A stretch of 64,000 nt of DNA from Mobula hypostoma (Eukaryota): assembly GCF_963921235.1 (NCBI RefSeq), contig NC_086097.1, forward strand, positions 195,674,001-195,738,000, in the 5' to 3' direction. Shown piece after piece: positions 25,290 to 38,030 of the stretch (the first letter of the stretch is position 1; each line of letters starts with the position of its first letter). Below the pieces are notes generated by a model, which had not been told where the DNA came from, did not search any database, and worked only from the letters and a program-made list of their open reading frames with translations. Both the position numbers and the translations under genes were made by a program.

Positions 25290-27335
25290 CATGGAGGCCA
25301 GCCAGTGAGCACAGCTAGAAGAGTTTAAAAAGAAGACAGATTTATACAGTGAGTATCGGAGAAGTGGGCAACAGAGTAGAGGCAGACAGAGTAGGAAGGC
25401 TTTAGCTCAACAGGGCTTTGGCGATAAAGGGTCAAGGTGAGGAAGGTTACTTGTGTAGAATACAGATAGAAAGTATGTGTGTGAGGCCGGTTTTCTGTGC
25501 TCAGTGTCAGATGTGGGAGGTCCTGGAGACTCCCAACCTCCTGGATGGCCACATCTGCACCAGGTGCGTTGAGCTGCAGCTCTTTAGGGACCACATTAGG
25601 GAACTGGAGATGCAGCTCGATGATCTTCGTCCGGTCAGGGAGGGTGAGGAAGTGGTAGAGAGGAGCTATAGGCAGGTAGTCACTCCGGGGTTGGGGAGAC
25701 AGATAAGTGGGTAACAGTCAGGAGAGGGAAGGACAGGAGTTAGAGGCTAGAGAGCACCCCTGTGGCTGACCCCTTAACAATAAGTACTCCTGTTTGAGTA
25801 CTGCTGGGGGAGATGGCTTACCTAGGGGAAGCAACAGTGGTCGTGCCTCTGGCACAAAGTCTGGCCCTGTGGCTCAGAAGGGTAGGGGAAGGAAGAGGAT
25901 GGCAGTAGGTGATTCTGTGGACACAGGAAAGAAACGCAGATGATAGTTTGCCTCCCAAGTGGCAGGGTCTAGGATGTTTCTGATTGCGTCCACGATATCT
26001 TGAAGTGGGAAGGAGAACAGCCAGAGGTTGTAGTACATACTGGTACCAATGACATAGGTAGGAAAACGGAGGAGGTCCTGAAAACAGACTACAGGGAGTT
26101 AGGAAGGAAGTTGAGAAACAAGACCTCAAAGGTAGAAATCTCAGGATTACTGCCTGTGCCACATGACAGTGAGTATAGGAATAGAATGAGGTGGAGGATA
26201 ATAACATGGCTGAGGGATTGGAGCAGGGGACAGGGATTCATATTTCTGGATTATTGGGATCTCTTTTGGGACAGGTGTGACCTGTACAAAAAGGACGGGC
26301 TGTACTTGAATCCCAGGGGGACCAACATCCTGGCGGGGAGGTTTCCTAAGGTTATTGGGGAGAGCTTAAACTAGAGTTGCTGGGGGGATGGAAACCGAAC
26401 TGAAGTGACGGAGGAAAGGGAGGTTGGCTCACAAATAGAGAAAGCTTGGAGATAGTGCGAAAGGGAGGATAGGCAGGTGATTGAGAAGGGACAGGCTCAG
26501 ACCAATTGTTTGCGATGTGTCTATTTTAGTGCGAGGAGTATTATGAACAAAGTGGATGAGCTTAGAGCGTGGATCAGCACTTGGAGCTATGATGTTGTGG
26601 CCATTACAGAGACCTGGATGGTGCAGGGGCAGGAATGGCTACTTCAAGTGCCAGGCTTCAGATGTTTCAGAAAGGACAGGGAGGGAGGCAAAAGAGTTGG
26701 GGGCATGGCACTGTTGATCAGGGATAGTGTCACGGCTGCAGAAAAGGAGCAAGTCATAGAGGGGTTGTGGGTGGAAGTTAGGAATAGGAAGGCGTCAATA
26801 ACTCTACTGGGTGTTTTTTATAGACCACCCAATAATAACAGGGACATTGAAGAGCAGATAGGGAGACAGATTCCACAAATGTGTAATAATAACAGGGTTG
26901 TGTGGTGGGAGATTTTAATTTCTCAAATATTGATTAGCATCTCCCTAGAGTGAGAGTTTCAGATGGGATGGAATTTGTTAGGTGTGTTTAGGAAGGTTTC
27001 TTGACGCAATATGTAGATAAGCCTACAAGTGGAGAGGTTGTACTTGATCTGGTATTGGGAAATGAACTTGGTCAGGTGTCAGGTCTCTCAGTGGGAGAGC
27101 ATTTTGGAGATAGTGATCCAATTCTGTTTCCTTTACCATAGCATTGGAGAGGGATAGGAACAGACAAGTTAGGGAAATGTTTTGTTGGAGTAAGAGGAAC
27201 TATGAGGCAATCAGACATGAACTTGGAAGCATGAATTGGAAACAGATGTTCTCAGGGAAACGTACAGAAGAAATGTGGCAAATGTTCAGGGGATATTTCT
27301 GTGAGGTTCTGCATAGGTATGTTCCAATGAGACAG
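25290..27335 (+). mobile_element. CR1 5' half: ORF1 (zinc finger/leucine zipper plus SGNH esterase) and ORF2 APE endonuclease
   Basis: Reads CAQCQMWEV..ICTRCVELQL, VVHTGTNDIG..DGLYLNPRG and ARSIMNKVDEL..AITETW..GVFYRPPN. Confidence 0.88.
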
Positions 27336-27412
27336 AGAACTCTGCACATCCAGCAGCATCTATGGAAATGAGAATACAGTTAATGTTTTGGGCTGAGATC
27401 CTTCTTCAGGAC
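27336..27412 (-). mobile_element. Short degenerate PLE tail with hammerhead motif
   Basis: Minus strand gtcCTGAAGAaggatctcagcccAAAACATTaact. Confidence 0.55.
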
Positions 27413-28075
27413 CACAATCCAGTATTGCCTTTCCCCTAGTGGGCTCAACTACAAGCTGCTCTAAAAAGCTGTCTCATAGGCATTCTATAAATCCTCTCTC
27501 TTGAGATCTAGCACCAACCTGATTTTCCAAATCTACATGCATATTGAAATCCACCATGACTACAGTAACATTGCCCTTATTATATGCCTTTTTACCCTTG
27601 CAGCTTCTTAACTCGACCCACAAGGATTTTTCATCTTCTGACCCCATGGCACCCTTTTCTAAGGATTTGATTTCATTTTAAACCAACAGAGCCTCAGCAC
27701 TCCCTCAGCCGACCTGACTTTGGATGCAATGTATATCCTTGGATGTTAAGCACCCAACTATGATCTTCTTTCAGCCACGTTTCAGTGATGTTCAGGACAT
27801 TATACCTGCCAGTTTCTAACTGTTGCACTTCACCTCATCCCACTGATTTCAATGTTGTCCTATCATCTGTCTGTTCATCCTCACAGCCTCACTACACACT
27901 GCATCAACTTGTATACCAACTGCCCCATCCTCAGCCCTATGACCCCAGTTCCCATCCCACTGCCAACTTAGTTTAAGCACTCCCCAACACCTCCCCATAC
28001 CTGCCCACAAGGATATTCGCTCCCCCTCAGGTTCAGGTGTAACCTGTCCTTTTTGCACAGGTCACAACTTCCCCG
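27413..28075 (-). mobile_element. CR1 5' region (ORF1 end and APE start), decayed
   Basis: APE-like motifs and the DLCKKDRLHLNLRG esterase end on the minus strand. Confidence 0.7.
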
Positions 28076-29039
28076 AGATTACTACATTAAGTAATGGATG
28101 CTAGTAAAGAAGTCATTCTTTCAGTTTGAATACTTCATGAAAGTTATGAAGACTTCGTGTGTGTTTCAGTAAGTGAGTTATTAGAGGTGATGGTTTGCCA
28201 TGATATTTGATGTCAGACTTTGAAGGTCTGACATCAAATATCAAGCATTTTTGAAACTGTCTGACGGAAGCATTTTTGCCTGTGTTTATAAAAGAGACCC
28301 TTTCAATAGCTGACATTGCAGCTTTGTGGGGGTGGTGAGATCAAGGATAACCTGTCATTGTTGAAGATTGAAGTAATACGATGTATAGTCAGAGCTGTTT
28401 TTATTCTTTTCATCTTCACCTTCAGTCAGCAATAAAGAATTTCTTACTGCTATTTCTCTTTATAAAACAGATATAGAAGTGAGGCTGAGCATTCAAAAAC
28501 CTTAGACAATATGGAAAATTGAATTATTGTTCATGTATTGAAAGCTTAGATCACGCAGCATGCCATGTCTAATTCCATTCAAGTTTAAACAGAACATTTC
28601 TGAAAAGTAAAAAATATTACAGTTTAACGGTTGTTGACCATACCATATTGGAGACAATCATAGCCAGGCGGGTTTTGCTGGAGAGGGTTGGGCAGCTGAA
28701 CTATTTGTCATGTGGATTCCAGGACCTGGGAGGGATAGCATTTTACAATGGCCTTGATGAGGATGTGCTAGATGGGGAATGGCTTCACTCTGGTAGAGAG
28801 TTAGTACTCTGCAAAAGAGAATGAGGAGAAGTGATGCTGGGGGTGGGGAAGTAGGTGGTTCTGGGAAAAAGTGCAGGAATGAAGAGGGAAAAGAAGTCTG
28901 AATGGGGAGGAACTGATCATGGAGCACGTTGAGTGGAAGGGAGACAGTTTGAGGCAGGAAGACTAGGGGAAGGGAGATCGACTGAAAGTGATTAAGGTGG
29001 TTAAGAAAGTACAGCTTGAGGAAGAAAATATGGGTGGGT

Positions 29040-29047
29040 GGGTGTGA

Positions 29048-29102
<55 letters not shown>

Positions 29103-29112
29103 TGTGTGTGTA
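29040..29112. repeat. (GT)n microsatellite
   Basis: Direct reading. Confidence 0.95.
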
Positions 29113-29444
29113 TGTAGTATGTAGTGTGTATGCCTGTATGAGAATGTATGCGTGTGTTACTTGGGCATTTATTCTAGCAGACCAAGATTTCACTCTGTGA
29201 GATCCTTGTAGCTATTGTGTAATGACCATCACACATTAAAATAAAATCCATCCACAGGCACCTTCCATTTCTCAGAACTGCAGTGGAAGCAAATTTTCCT
29301 CACATTCTGGATGACTTCCAAAGAAGGAGTGGGTCCCACTTAGGTTAGTCAGGAAAGAATACCTCAGATTTTTTCTGTGTGACCATAGGTCATTGATGCT
29401 TTATTAAGTCAAAACAAACTTGTTGTTGGCCTTTAACCTAGCTC

Positions 29445-31015
29445 TGTCATGGTCTAGTCCATGATGTCCCCATTCCGGTTCATGGTCCGGTCCATGGACT
29501 TAGGACTCCGGGTCTTCCAGCAGTCCCTTGTTTGACTAAATCAAAGGCACTTGATTCCCATCTTTGGGCTTGCAATATAAGTAGCCTTGGGATTGAGTGT
29601 GGGCTGCTGGTTTGTCTTGTCAATCCCCCTTGGAGCAACCTGCTGATGGAAGGCTAGTGAAACCGTTTGTGATCTCCAGGCCTGGTTGGAAGACCACTGC
29701 TTCATGGAGCCTTGTTGCCACTTGTTGGAGTGGTCCTTGCAGTATGGATTCGGCTGTTTCCCGGGCCAGCTGAGTGGCTGCCAGCCACTCCAAGCTAGGT
29801 CGGGATCTAGCTGTTTCTGTAGGCATCTGAGGTTGCTGGCTGAACTGAGACTCGGAGCTTCCCTGGAGCAGAGATGGAACTGTCTGTTGTTCTTTGGTGT
29901 TTGTCTCTTCTTGTCCTTGCCCCTGTGGGGTAAGCCAGGCTGTTTTTCTGTGCCCTGCGTTGGAGTCCTGTCTTGTCCTCGCCTCTGTGGGGTAAGTCAG
30001 GCCGTTTTACTGTTGCCCTGCGGGGGGATCGGTCTTGTCTTGTCCTTGCCTCTGTTGGATAAGTCCGGCTGTTCTGCTGTTACCTGATGGGGAGACCTGT
30101 CCCACCTTGGTGTGGAGATGAAGTTGAGTCCCGGCTTGTCTTTGGATAAGTCCCGGCTCTATGTCTATGTTCTGTCCTGTCTCATGTTTGTGTTATGTTA
30201 AAGATGAGTCCTGGCTTGTCGAAGGATAAGTCCTGGTTCTATGTTGATGTTCAGTTCCCAGTCCATCTCTCAGCTCCAGTCTCCGAGTTATCATCCTCCG
30301 CATTTCAAGACGAAGACCCCAATCCTCAAGGACCCCAAGCCAAGCCCAAGCTCCAAGAACCCAAACCTCAATGATACCAAGCCAAGCTCCAAGAACCCAA
30401 GCCTTAAGGATCCTTAGCCAAGCTCAAGACCCAAGACCCCAGCCTACAGCCGGGCTCAAGACCCAAGACCCCTAGCCTCAAGAATCCCAAGCCAAGCTCA
30501 AGACCCAAGACCCCAAGCCTCGAGGATACCAAGCCAAGCTCAAGACCCCAAGCCTCGAGGATCCCAAGCTGAGCTCAAGACCCAAGACCCCAAGCCTCAA
30601 GGATCCCAAGCCAAGCTCAAGACCCAAGACCCCAGCCTCAAGCCATGTCATGTCCCTGCCTGGTTCTGGGGTCCGAGCCCGAGGCAAGACCCAGGTTCTG
30701 GGTCCTTGTACAGTCTCGGTCTCGGAGTCTGAGCCTTGTCTTGTCTCCAAGCTCGGGCCTCTAGACCCCAGCCACGTCCTGCCCTGAAACCATGTCATGT
30801 CCTTGCCTGGTTCTGGGGTCCAAGCCCGAGGCAAGACCCAGGTTGTGGGTTCTTGTCCAGTCTTGTGCTCGGAGTCCAAGCCTTGTCTCCTAGTCCATGG
30901 TTCCTAGTCCTGGTCCCACTTTCCCTAGCCCTCCCTACTCTAGTCAAGTCCTGTTCCTTGTACTTCAGTGTCTGTGTCTTGCATTTGGGTCTGTTTCCAG
31001 CACCCCATTGTAACA
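29445..31015 (+). mobile_element. Solo LTR with expanded internal minisatellite, copy 2
   Basis: tgtcatgg..tgtaaca termini; TSD agctc/ggctc; TATA-like tataag near 29576; array of ccaagctcaagacccaagacccc-type units at about 30320-30645. Confidence 0.82.
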
Positions 31016-33235
31016 GGCTCCCTGAAATTCCCTCATTATTCTCCATCTCTCATCACCTTTCCTCTTTTGAATCTCCTTTTAAGTTATCCATTTAACCTGA
31101 CCATTGACCACCTCCAAATCCTCTTGATGTGGTTTGGTGTCAAATTTTCCCCTATGCATGATGTGCCTAAATGCATTTTACTGCATTGATTTTTAAAAAT
31201 TTAAATTATTGTTCCTGATTTGATAGGACAAGGTGGTGAGGTTACTACTGAGAAAGTAAGCGAAACCATTGTTTACCATGTCCCCATCATATTCAACAAT
31301 TACTCTGTCATTGTTCATCAGATTCTGCCAAAGTACCTGGGACTTGTGATTCTGTAGGGGGGTAGTCACATGAGCTGTCCAAGAGGGTCTGGCAGTGGCA
31401 TGAATTGCCAAATATAGCTGAACAGCTGATGTGTTTATCTTGTGCCCAGGAAAAGAGGGAAAGGCTTTTGCAAGAGCATTTTCTCTTTAATCTATAATGG
31501 ATTAGCATGCTATTCCATAAATAGTTACAGACACATGAACATGTCCATGTTCTAAAGACAATTGTAAATATTAAATTATAAGGATCTTTAATGGCTTATT
31601 CCTATGAATTGTCAGCATTGCCGTGCTCATACTAAAAGTACAATGCGATTGGGTTTTAATTTGATTGGGTCTTTACAAATTAACAAATTTCACAATATAT
31701 GCAGGTGATATTAAACCTGATTCTGATTCTTAGTAGGTGAAACAACTGTGAAATGGTAAGTGGTAAATTAAATTTTAGAAGACAATGAGAGATTTCTCAT
31801 GATCTCATGATCATCTTTTTTGATGTGCTCCAGCCAGCATTTTCCCAATGACACTTGTCACTGGTTTCAGTATGGACTACGGCAGGGAGGAAAGGTTGAC
31901 CATCACGGTGAGGAGCGGGTGAGGAAAACGATTGTAAAGTGTAGCAGGGGCATAGTGGGAAGATATTGGCCAAAGCAACCAGGAGGCAAAGCAGCCAACA
32001 TGGTGGAGGAAGAAAGATCATATTGCACATGGGAGTGTATGACCCATTATGACAAGAAGAAAGAATGACCTCTCCAGCATATGGGTAATGAAGAGGATGG
32101 ATCTCTAAAGGTTATCTTGATGGCCAGGGGAAATACCCCTGTTCTCCTAGTCCACAGAAGAAGAACAGTGACCTCTTTGGGCCACCTTTTGAATTATTTG
32201 TTCTGCTTTCCTCCTAGTGATGTTTTCTGACTGGGAAGTACATACAGCAGCAGTGACTTGCAGATTGGGTTCATTATTTTTTATGGCTCTTGCATCTTAT
32301 TGTCTGCACTGCATGTTCTTCATAACAGTAACGGTTTCTGCATTCCACTGTTGCTCCCATCTTTGTACAACCATCATGTACTTGTATTCCAAAATGATCT
32401 GCGTGGACAGCATGCAAAATAGTGTTTTTCATTGTATCTCAATAATAAACCAATTATCACTTATTATGCAGATCCAATTTAGAAGTGAATAACGAAGTTT
32501 CCTGCTACTCTGTGGTGGGGTACTTGGGTGCAGAGATATCATCACCCTTTTGAATGGATGAGTTCTTTATTTTGGAGTGTTTAGTTCAAATTCCTTTTCT
32601 TATTCTCCTCTCCCTGCCTTACACATTACAACGGCTTAATATAATTGGCAAAGAGGGATCTTAAAAGTATAAGAGGAAACTGAATGATATAACTCCCAAA
32701 GGAGATAAAAGGATGAAGGGAGAAGTAAATGGACAACATTAAATATCTTTAGAGAGGAAACCTTGCAAATTCAAGTATATCAGAAAATTTAATTCCCATT
32801 ATAAAATTATTACTTGTAGAATTGAAACTAAGATTAGATGTGACTAATTTCATTCTTCAATTACAGAGCAATATATTGTACAAGACACCATTAATAAAAG
32901 TGCCATTCAACCGATTAGCACATGATATCTTATGTCCAAACTACTCAAAAAAAAAACATCTTCCTAACTTGAGTGAGATTATGCAGAGGTTTAGTTTTCA
33001 AGAAGTCTGGAGATTGTATAACTATGCCAATCCACCAACTATTTCTAACTCGTATGTTTATATGCAAGCTTGTGTTAAGGTTAGAAGTTCACATTGCTCA
33101 TTAATTTTCAAACTACTCTACATATCCATGAAGCTCCTTGCAATGATCAAATTTCAGGTTACCGTCATGGAGATTGCAGAGAGATTTAACAAGTTTGTCA
33201 GGGACTTAACACACATGCCCATCGCAAGAAAATTT

Positions 33236-33496
33236 TAGAGTCATAGATAAGTACAGCACAGTTATAGGCCCTTCAGCCCACCTAATACATGCTGAATAAT
33301 TTAAACCACCTACTCCCATTGACCTGCACTGGGACTATAGCTCTCCAGATACCTATCCAAACTTCTCTTAAACATTGAAATCGAGCTTGCATACAACACT
33401 TGTGTTGACTGCTCCTTCCACACTCTTACTAGCCTCTGAGTGAAGAAGTTTCCCTTCATGTTCCTCTTAATCTTTTCACCTTTCACCCTTAACCTG
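33236..33496 (-). mobile_element. CR1 3' end
   Basis: ORF 33310-33501 reads RLRVKGEKIKRNMKGNFFTQRLVRVW. Confidence 0.8.
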
Positions 33497-34484
33497 GGCA
33501 ATCAGACAAAGCTTTGAGCCAACTTTTCATTTTGGCCATGCCCAGCTAACCGGCATATAGCTCCACTACTACTTTAGCTCTTAGTTTGGATTGTGCAACA
33601 ACTTCCAATCCCCACATTAGACGACCTCTCTCAAGGACAAGTTCATCCCGGCACTGGTTAAAAATAGGGGAACTGGGATTTCTGCGACACATTCCAGCCT
33701 TTTGGTTGGCCACGTAGACTTGAGATACTGTGGTGTTTCTAGTTTCCCTTTAGATTATCCCTGCCTTAATAGGGAGACATTCAATTGCATTAGGGAGAAT
33801 ACGTCCAGAGGAGTGCATTGTTTTAGGTATATCCTTTTCCATGGATAAATGAGACAACTCGTCGTCATTTCCATGATTATTTGTCCCTTTGAATTTGATC
33901 TTGTAATTGTATCCTCCAAGAAATAAAGCTGATCTCTGCATTTGTGATGCTGCTGTTAGTGGAACACCCTTCTGTGGATTGAAAACGGACACAAGTTGTT
34001 GATGATCAGTAATGAGGGTAAACTCTTCCCCATAAATGTACTGGTGGAAACATTTTCTACCCCAAACCAGAATCAAGGCCTCTCTGTCAATCTGCATGTG
34101 ATTTTTCTCTGAAGTGGTAAGGGAATGGGATACAAAGTCTATGAGATGTTAACTTCCATTACTCATAACCTGTGACATAATTGCACCTATACCATAAGGT
34201 AGTGCATCACATGCAAGCTTTACTGAATGATGTGGATCATAATGTGTGAGTACAGTGTCTGACATCACTATTTCATTTATCTTTTTGAAAACCACCTCAC
34301 ACTGCTTTGTCCATGGTCATGTCTTCCCAGTCTTTAGTGATGAGTTCACGGGGCGGAGCACAGCAGCCAGGATAGGCAGGAACCTGTAATAGTACTCGAC
34401 AAATCCTAAAAAGGACCACAACTGTGACACGTCCTTTGACCTTTGTGCATCCACCATTCCTAGAATTTTCTCAGCACACTTCTG

Positions 34485-34820
34485 CATATAGATTTTGGAC
34501 TATGACTACATTCTTCTTTTCAGTTTTATGGTTTTTAAATTCTGTGTTTTTGCCATTCTTTCTGTTTTTTTCTGTGGGGAGAGGAGGGTTTGGGGACACA
34601 ATGTTCATGTTGCAGTTTGTGCGGGGTGGGGGTCTTGGTGGGGTTCTGCTTGCGTTTCATATGGGGGAGGGGTCTTTGGCAGTTGATGATCATGTCGGTG
34701 GATTTGCTGTTTCTCTCTGAAATGACTTCCATTGTTGTTCTTTGTTTCATAGGTTTCTGGGGAAGAAGAACCTCAGAGCTGTATTCTGCATACTTACTTT
34801 GATAATAAATGAACCTTTGA
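34485..34820 (+). mobile_element. Non-LTR 3'-UTR-like insertion in the old Gypsy RT
   Basis: T/G-rich block that interrupts the Gypsy RT homology and ends ataataaatgaacctttgaa. Confidence 0.5.
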
Positions 34821-35312
34821 ACAGTAAGTGATGTTTAGTTTAAAGAATCCACACTGAACCCGTAATCTCCTTGTCTTTTTAACAAATTTTTGAGATTTTG
34901 GAGATGTTCCTTGTCATCCTTACTGGGAACAATGATGCCATCCAGGTAACACTGAGCTCCTGGACAGCCTTGCAGTACCTGGTCCATAGCTTTCTGCCAG
35001 AGTGCAGCTGCAGATGCTACTCCAGAAATAAGCTTATTATAGTGATAAAGCCCTTTGTGAGTATTTATGGTAAGAAACACTTTGGACTCTTCTTCCATCT
35101 CCTTCTGTAATTAGGCCTCAACAAAGTCTACTTTGCTGAAGTGTTTCCATCCAGAAAGGTTTGCAAACATATCCTCTGTCCTGAGCAGAGGATATTGACC
35201 AAATTTCAGTACTGGGTCGATGGTGACCTTCTAATCACCACAGATCCTGACAGGCCCATCCATCTTGGCTACTGGGACCACTGGGATCCACTCAACCTTG
35301 AAAAGTATTCTT

Positions 35313-35884
35313 CAGCCCGTAGAATGATTGCATTTCTTACTTTAATGGCGAAAAGATGTATTTTACAACATTGGAAAGAGCTTAATGCTCCAACTACCTT
35401 TTTTTGGTTTTCTCAGACGATTTTATGTTTGAATCTGGAGAAAATTAGAAGTAACCTTTATGATTCTTCATTTAAATTTGAACAGATTTGGGGACCTTTT
35501 ATTCGATATTTTCATTTAATGTAATATTTACCCTTCTTGTTTTTTTTTTCACTGTTTTAATGGAGGTCGGGATTGAGGACGTGATTTTAAGTTTAACTCT
35601 GTTTGGTTTCAAGTTAGCCCATTGCTTTGCTTTGCTTTTAGTTAGTTGCACGGTGGGTTTTTTTTTGGGGGGTTTTTTTTCTTTTTTTTTCCATTGATAT
35701 ATATAAAATCTAGTATACTATTATGTTATCTTGGTTTCTTATGCTTAAATTACATTGTTTGTAGTATTTTCTTTTTGGTATTGTTATCTTTTGGAATTTT
35801 ATTATACTTTAACATTGTATTAATGTTTATATGGCTTACCTTTTTTGTATACTTACTCAATAAAAAGATTTAAAAAGAAAGAAA
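35313..35884 (+). mobile_element. 5'-truncated L1-clade LINE with 13-bp TSD
   Basis: ORF2 C-terminus AKRCILQHWK..PT..W..LNLEKIR..FEQIWGPFI; T-rich 3'UTR; aataaa plus A-rich tail; TSD gaaaagtattctt at 35300-35312 and 35885-35897. Confidence 0.85.
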
Positions 35885-37001
35885 GAAAAGTATTCTTTCA
35901 GCCTCCATGTGATTTAGCTCACTGGCTACTTTATCATGGTCGTTATAAAGAACCGGATAGGCTTTGTAAAACTTGGGTGCGGCACTTTCACTTAACACTA
36001 TTTTACCCAATGCCATTCTTGAACACTGCTATACCATCATCCAGTACCATTCTTAATTTGCTTTCAGTTGACTCTCTTGCAGGGGATGTGGCATGAAAAT
36101 GGTGGATGGATCTCCAATCAGGTTGTAGTTGGCTCAGCAAGTTATGTTCCCACAATATTGCCCCTCCTGTTTTTTATCTCATACAAGCCCAATGTGTCTT
36201 GTTAGTTGTTGTTGTTCTCAGTTAAATGTCATTTCCACAGGAGTTATTGTTTCCCCAGTATTAGTTCTTGGTTGGATATCTGCAGGCTTCAGTTCAGTAT
36301 CTGCCATCAAACTTTGTTTTGTGGAATGACTGAAATAGTTGAAGCAGTGTTCCATGCTATTTTAATTAATTTGCCATTTATTTTTGGTGGCAGTCATATT
36401 GCTTGACTATTGTTAGTGTTCACATTATAAATCTCAAGGCTATCAATCCTGTGTCACTCATTATTATCAGATTTTTCATCAACAGCATGCAGATTAGTGC
36501 TCTTTTTGAAACTGCAACTTGATTTTTTTTATCCTTTTCTCTTCCCTGTGTAGTCCAATTATTTTTGTCTGCCTAATATGCTTTTTGGATGTCTCATACT
36601 TTGAGGCATTTTCTGCAAGTTTCACCTTTAAGTCTGATGTATGTGAGGACCTGCCACAACGGTAACACAATTTGCTCAGCTAATTTGTCATCTGTCTAAA
36701 CACTGCAGTTTTGTTCATGTTCAGTTTCATTCCTGGCTGCAGCTTAGTTGTGTCTCTGCCTGTTGTTTCCATTGATACAGCTATGTACCTCAACTGCTGT
36801 TTTAAATGTATGCTGTGCTTCAGTTAAGAGCTATTTTTGAATACTTTCTTATAAGATTCTACAAGCTAAATGATCTCTCAGTGCATCATTAACCATGTCA
36901 CAGAACCGACAATCTCAATTCAGTGGACTCCCCTTCATTTTGATTCTGCTTAAGAAACTTAGTGTGTCCATTCAACAATGGCGTCAATTTTAAATGTCCC
37001 T

Positions 37002-37858
37002 TGTTACGTACCCCGTAACTGGGTTGCCAAACCAGCAGAAATGGATCACTCAGTTGGAGTCTGGAGTACTAGAACTAAGAAAGTTTTATTAAAGAAACAA
37101 GCAACACAGTAATCGAAAGGATAATAAATGCAACAATTCAACAATGATAACCACACATGTGCACAGAATTAAGATAACAGCATCAATCAAGCTCTATCGT
37201 TGTCTAGGGGTAAATGACCAATTTCAAAATGACTCAAAGTTCAGTCCAGTTTGTAGTTCAGTTCGCAGTAATCGTTGCCATGGCGATGGACAAGGTGGGG
37301 GAAGAGAGACAGAATAGGAACAACTGATCATTCAGAACGGCTTCACTCACAGACCGGCGAGATGGCTCACAAACAGCTTTTGGGCAGGTCCTTGGTGATG
37401 TCACCTGAGGTCACCGACTGTGACCCCTGCTCCAGATGCGGTCGATCCTCTGCAGTGAACCCGGCACCCAGGCAAGGGCGGACACACACCGGGTTCCCGC
37501 TGATCGTACCTTTCCACCCTTGTCGTTGTCCGATACTTCTCACCCACTCGTGAGAAGTGCACCGCTTCCAGGGTCTCGTTACCTCGGGTGGCGTGTGTGT
37601 CTGTCTTAGCGAACCTGTCCCTTTTTATCCCCCTGCTGGGGTATCGCCTGTCCATCACTTCAAACAGTTCAGGGTTCAAAGGGGGGAGCCGCTCCAGACA
37701 GCTCCCTCTCCCACATCCCTTCATTACACATCTCCAGACGCTGCTCCATTGTTCCTTATCTCTCCTTCCCCTGAGGGCAGGTGGCAGACCAACTGCTGAT
37801 GCCACTGATGCTAGCCCAGGCCAGCAAACATCTTAATTTTATGTGTATTCTCGTAACA
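37002..37858 (-). repeat. 3' LTR (857 bp)
   Basis: tgttacg..cgtaaca with inverted terminal repeats; direct repeat of 40974-41852. Confidence 0.95.
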
Positions 37859-37870
37859 CTTCCCCCCTTT
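37859..37870 (-). other. Polypurine tract
   Basis: Minus strand aaaggggggaag directly before the 3' LTR. Confidence 0.9.
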
Positions 37871-38030
37871 AAGGATTTTTACCGGGAGGTAAAAATTACA
37901 AACATGACTACATTATCTGATACATACACAATATACATCTTTAACAGTTATTTAGCTAATACAGAGAATTTGAAGCTGTCAACACCTTGACAGACAGTCA
38001 TCACATTTTCTGTTCCTTTTACACGTGTTA

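Noticed and set aside
30320..30645. CRISPR-like array or repeat-protein ORF (30478-30879)
   Set aside because: Degenerate tandem units without unique spacers, inside a solo LTR in a eukaryotic context; the ORF is a by-product of the repeat
32822..33238. 138-aa ORF in AT-rich unique DNA
   Set aside because: Non-ATG start, no recognisable motif and no convincing splice signals
37401..37805. 134-aa ORF as an env or accessory gene
   Set aside because: Lies entirely within the LTR, has no recognisable signal, TM or domain motif, and is called shorter in the other LTR
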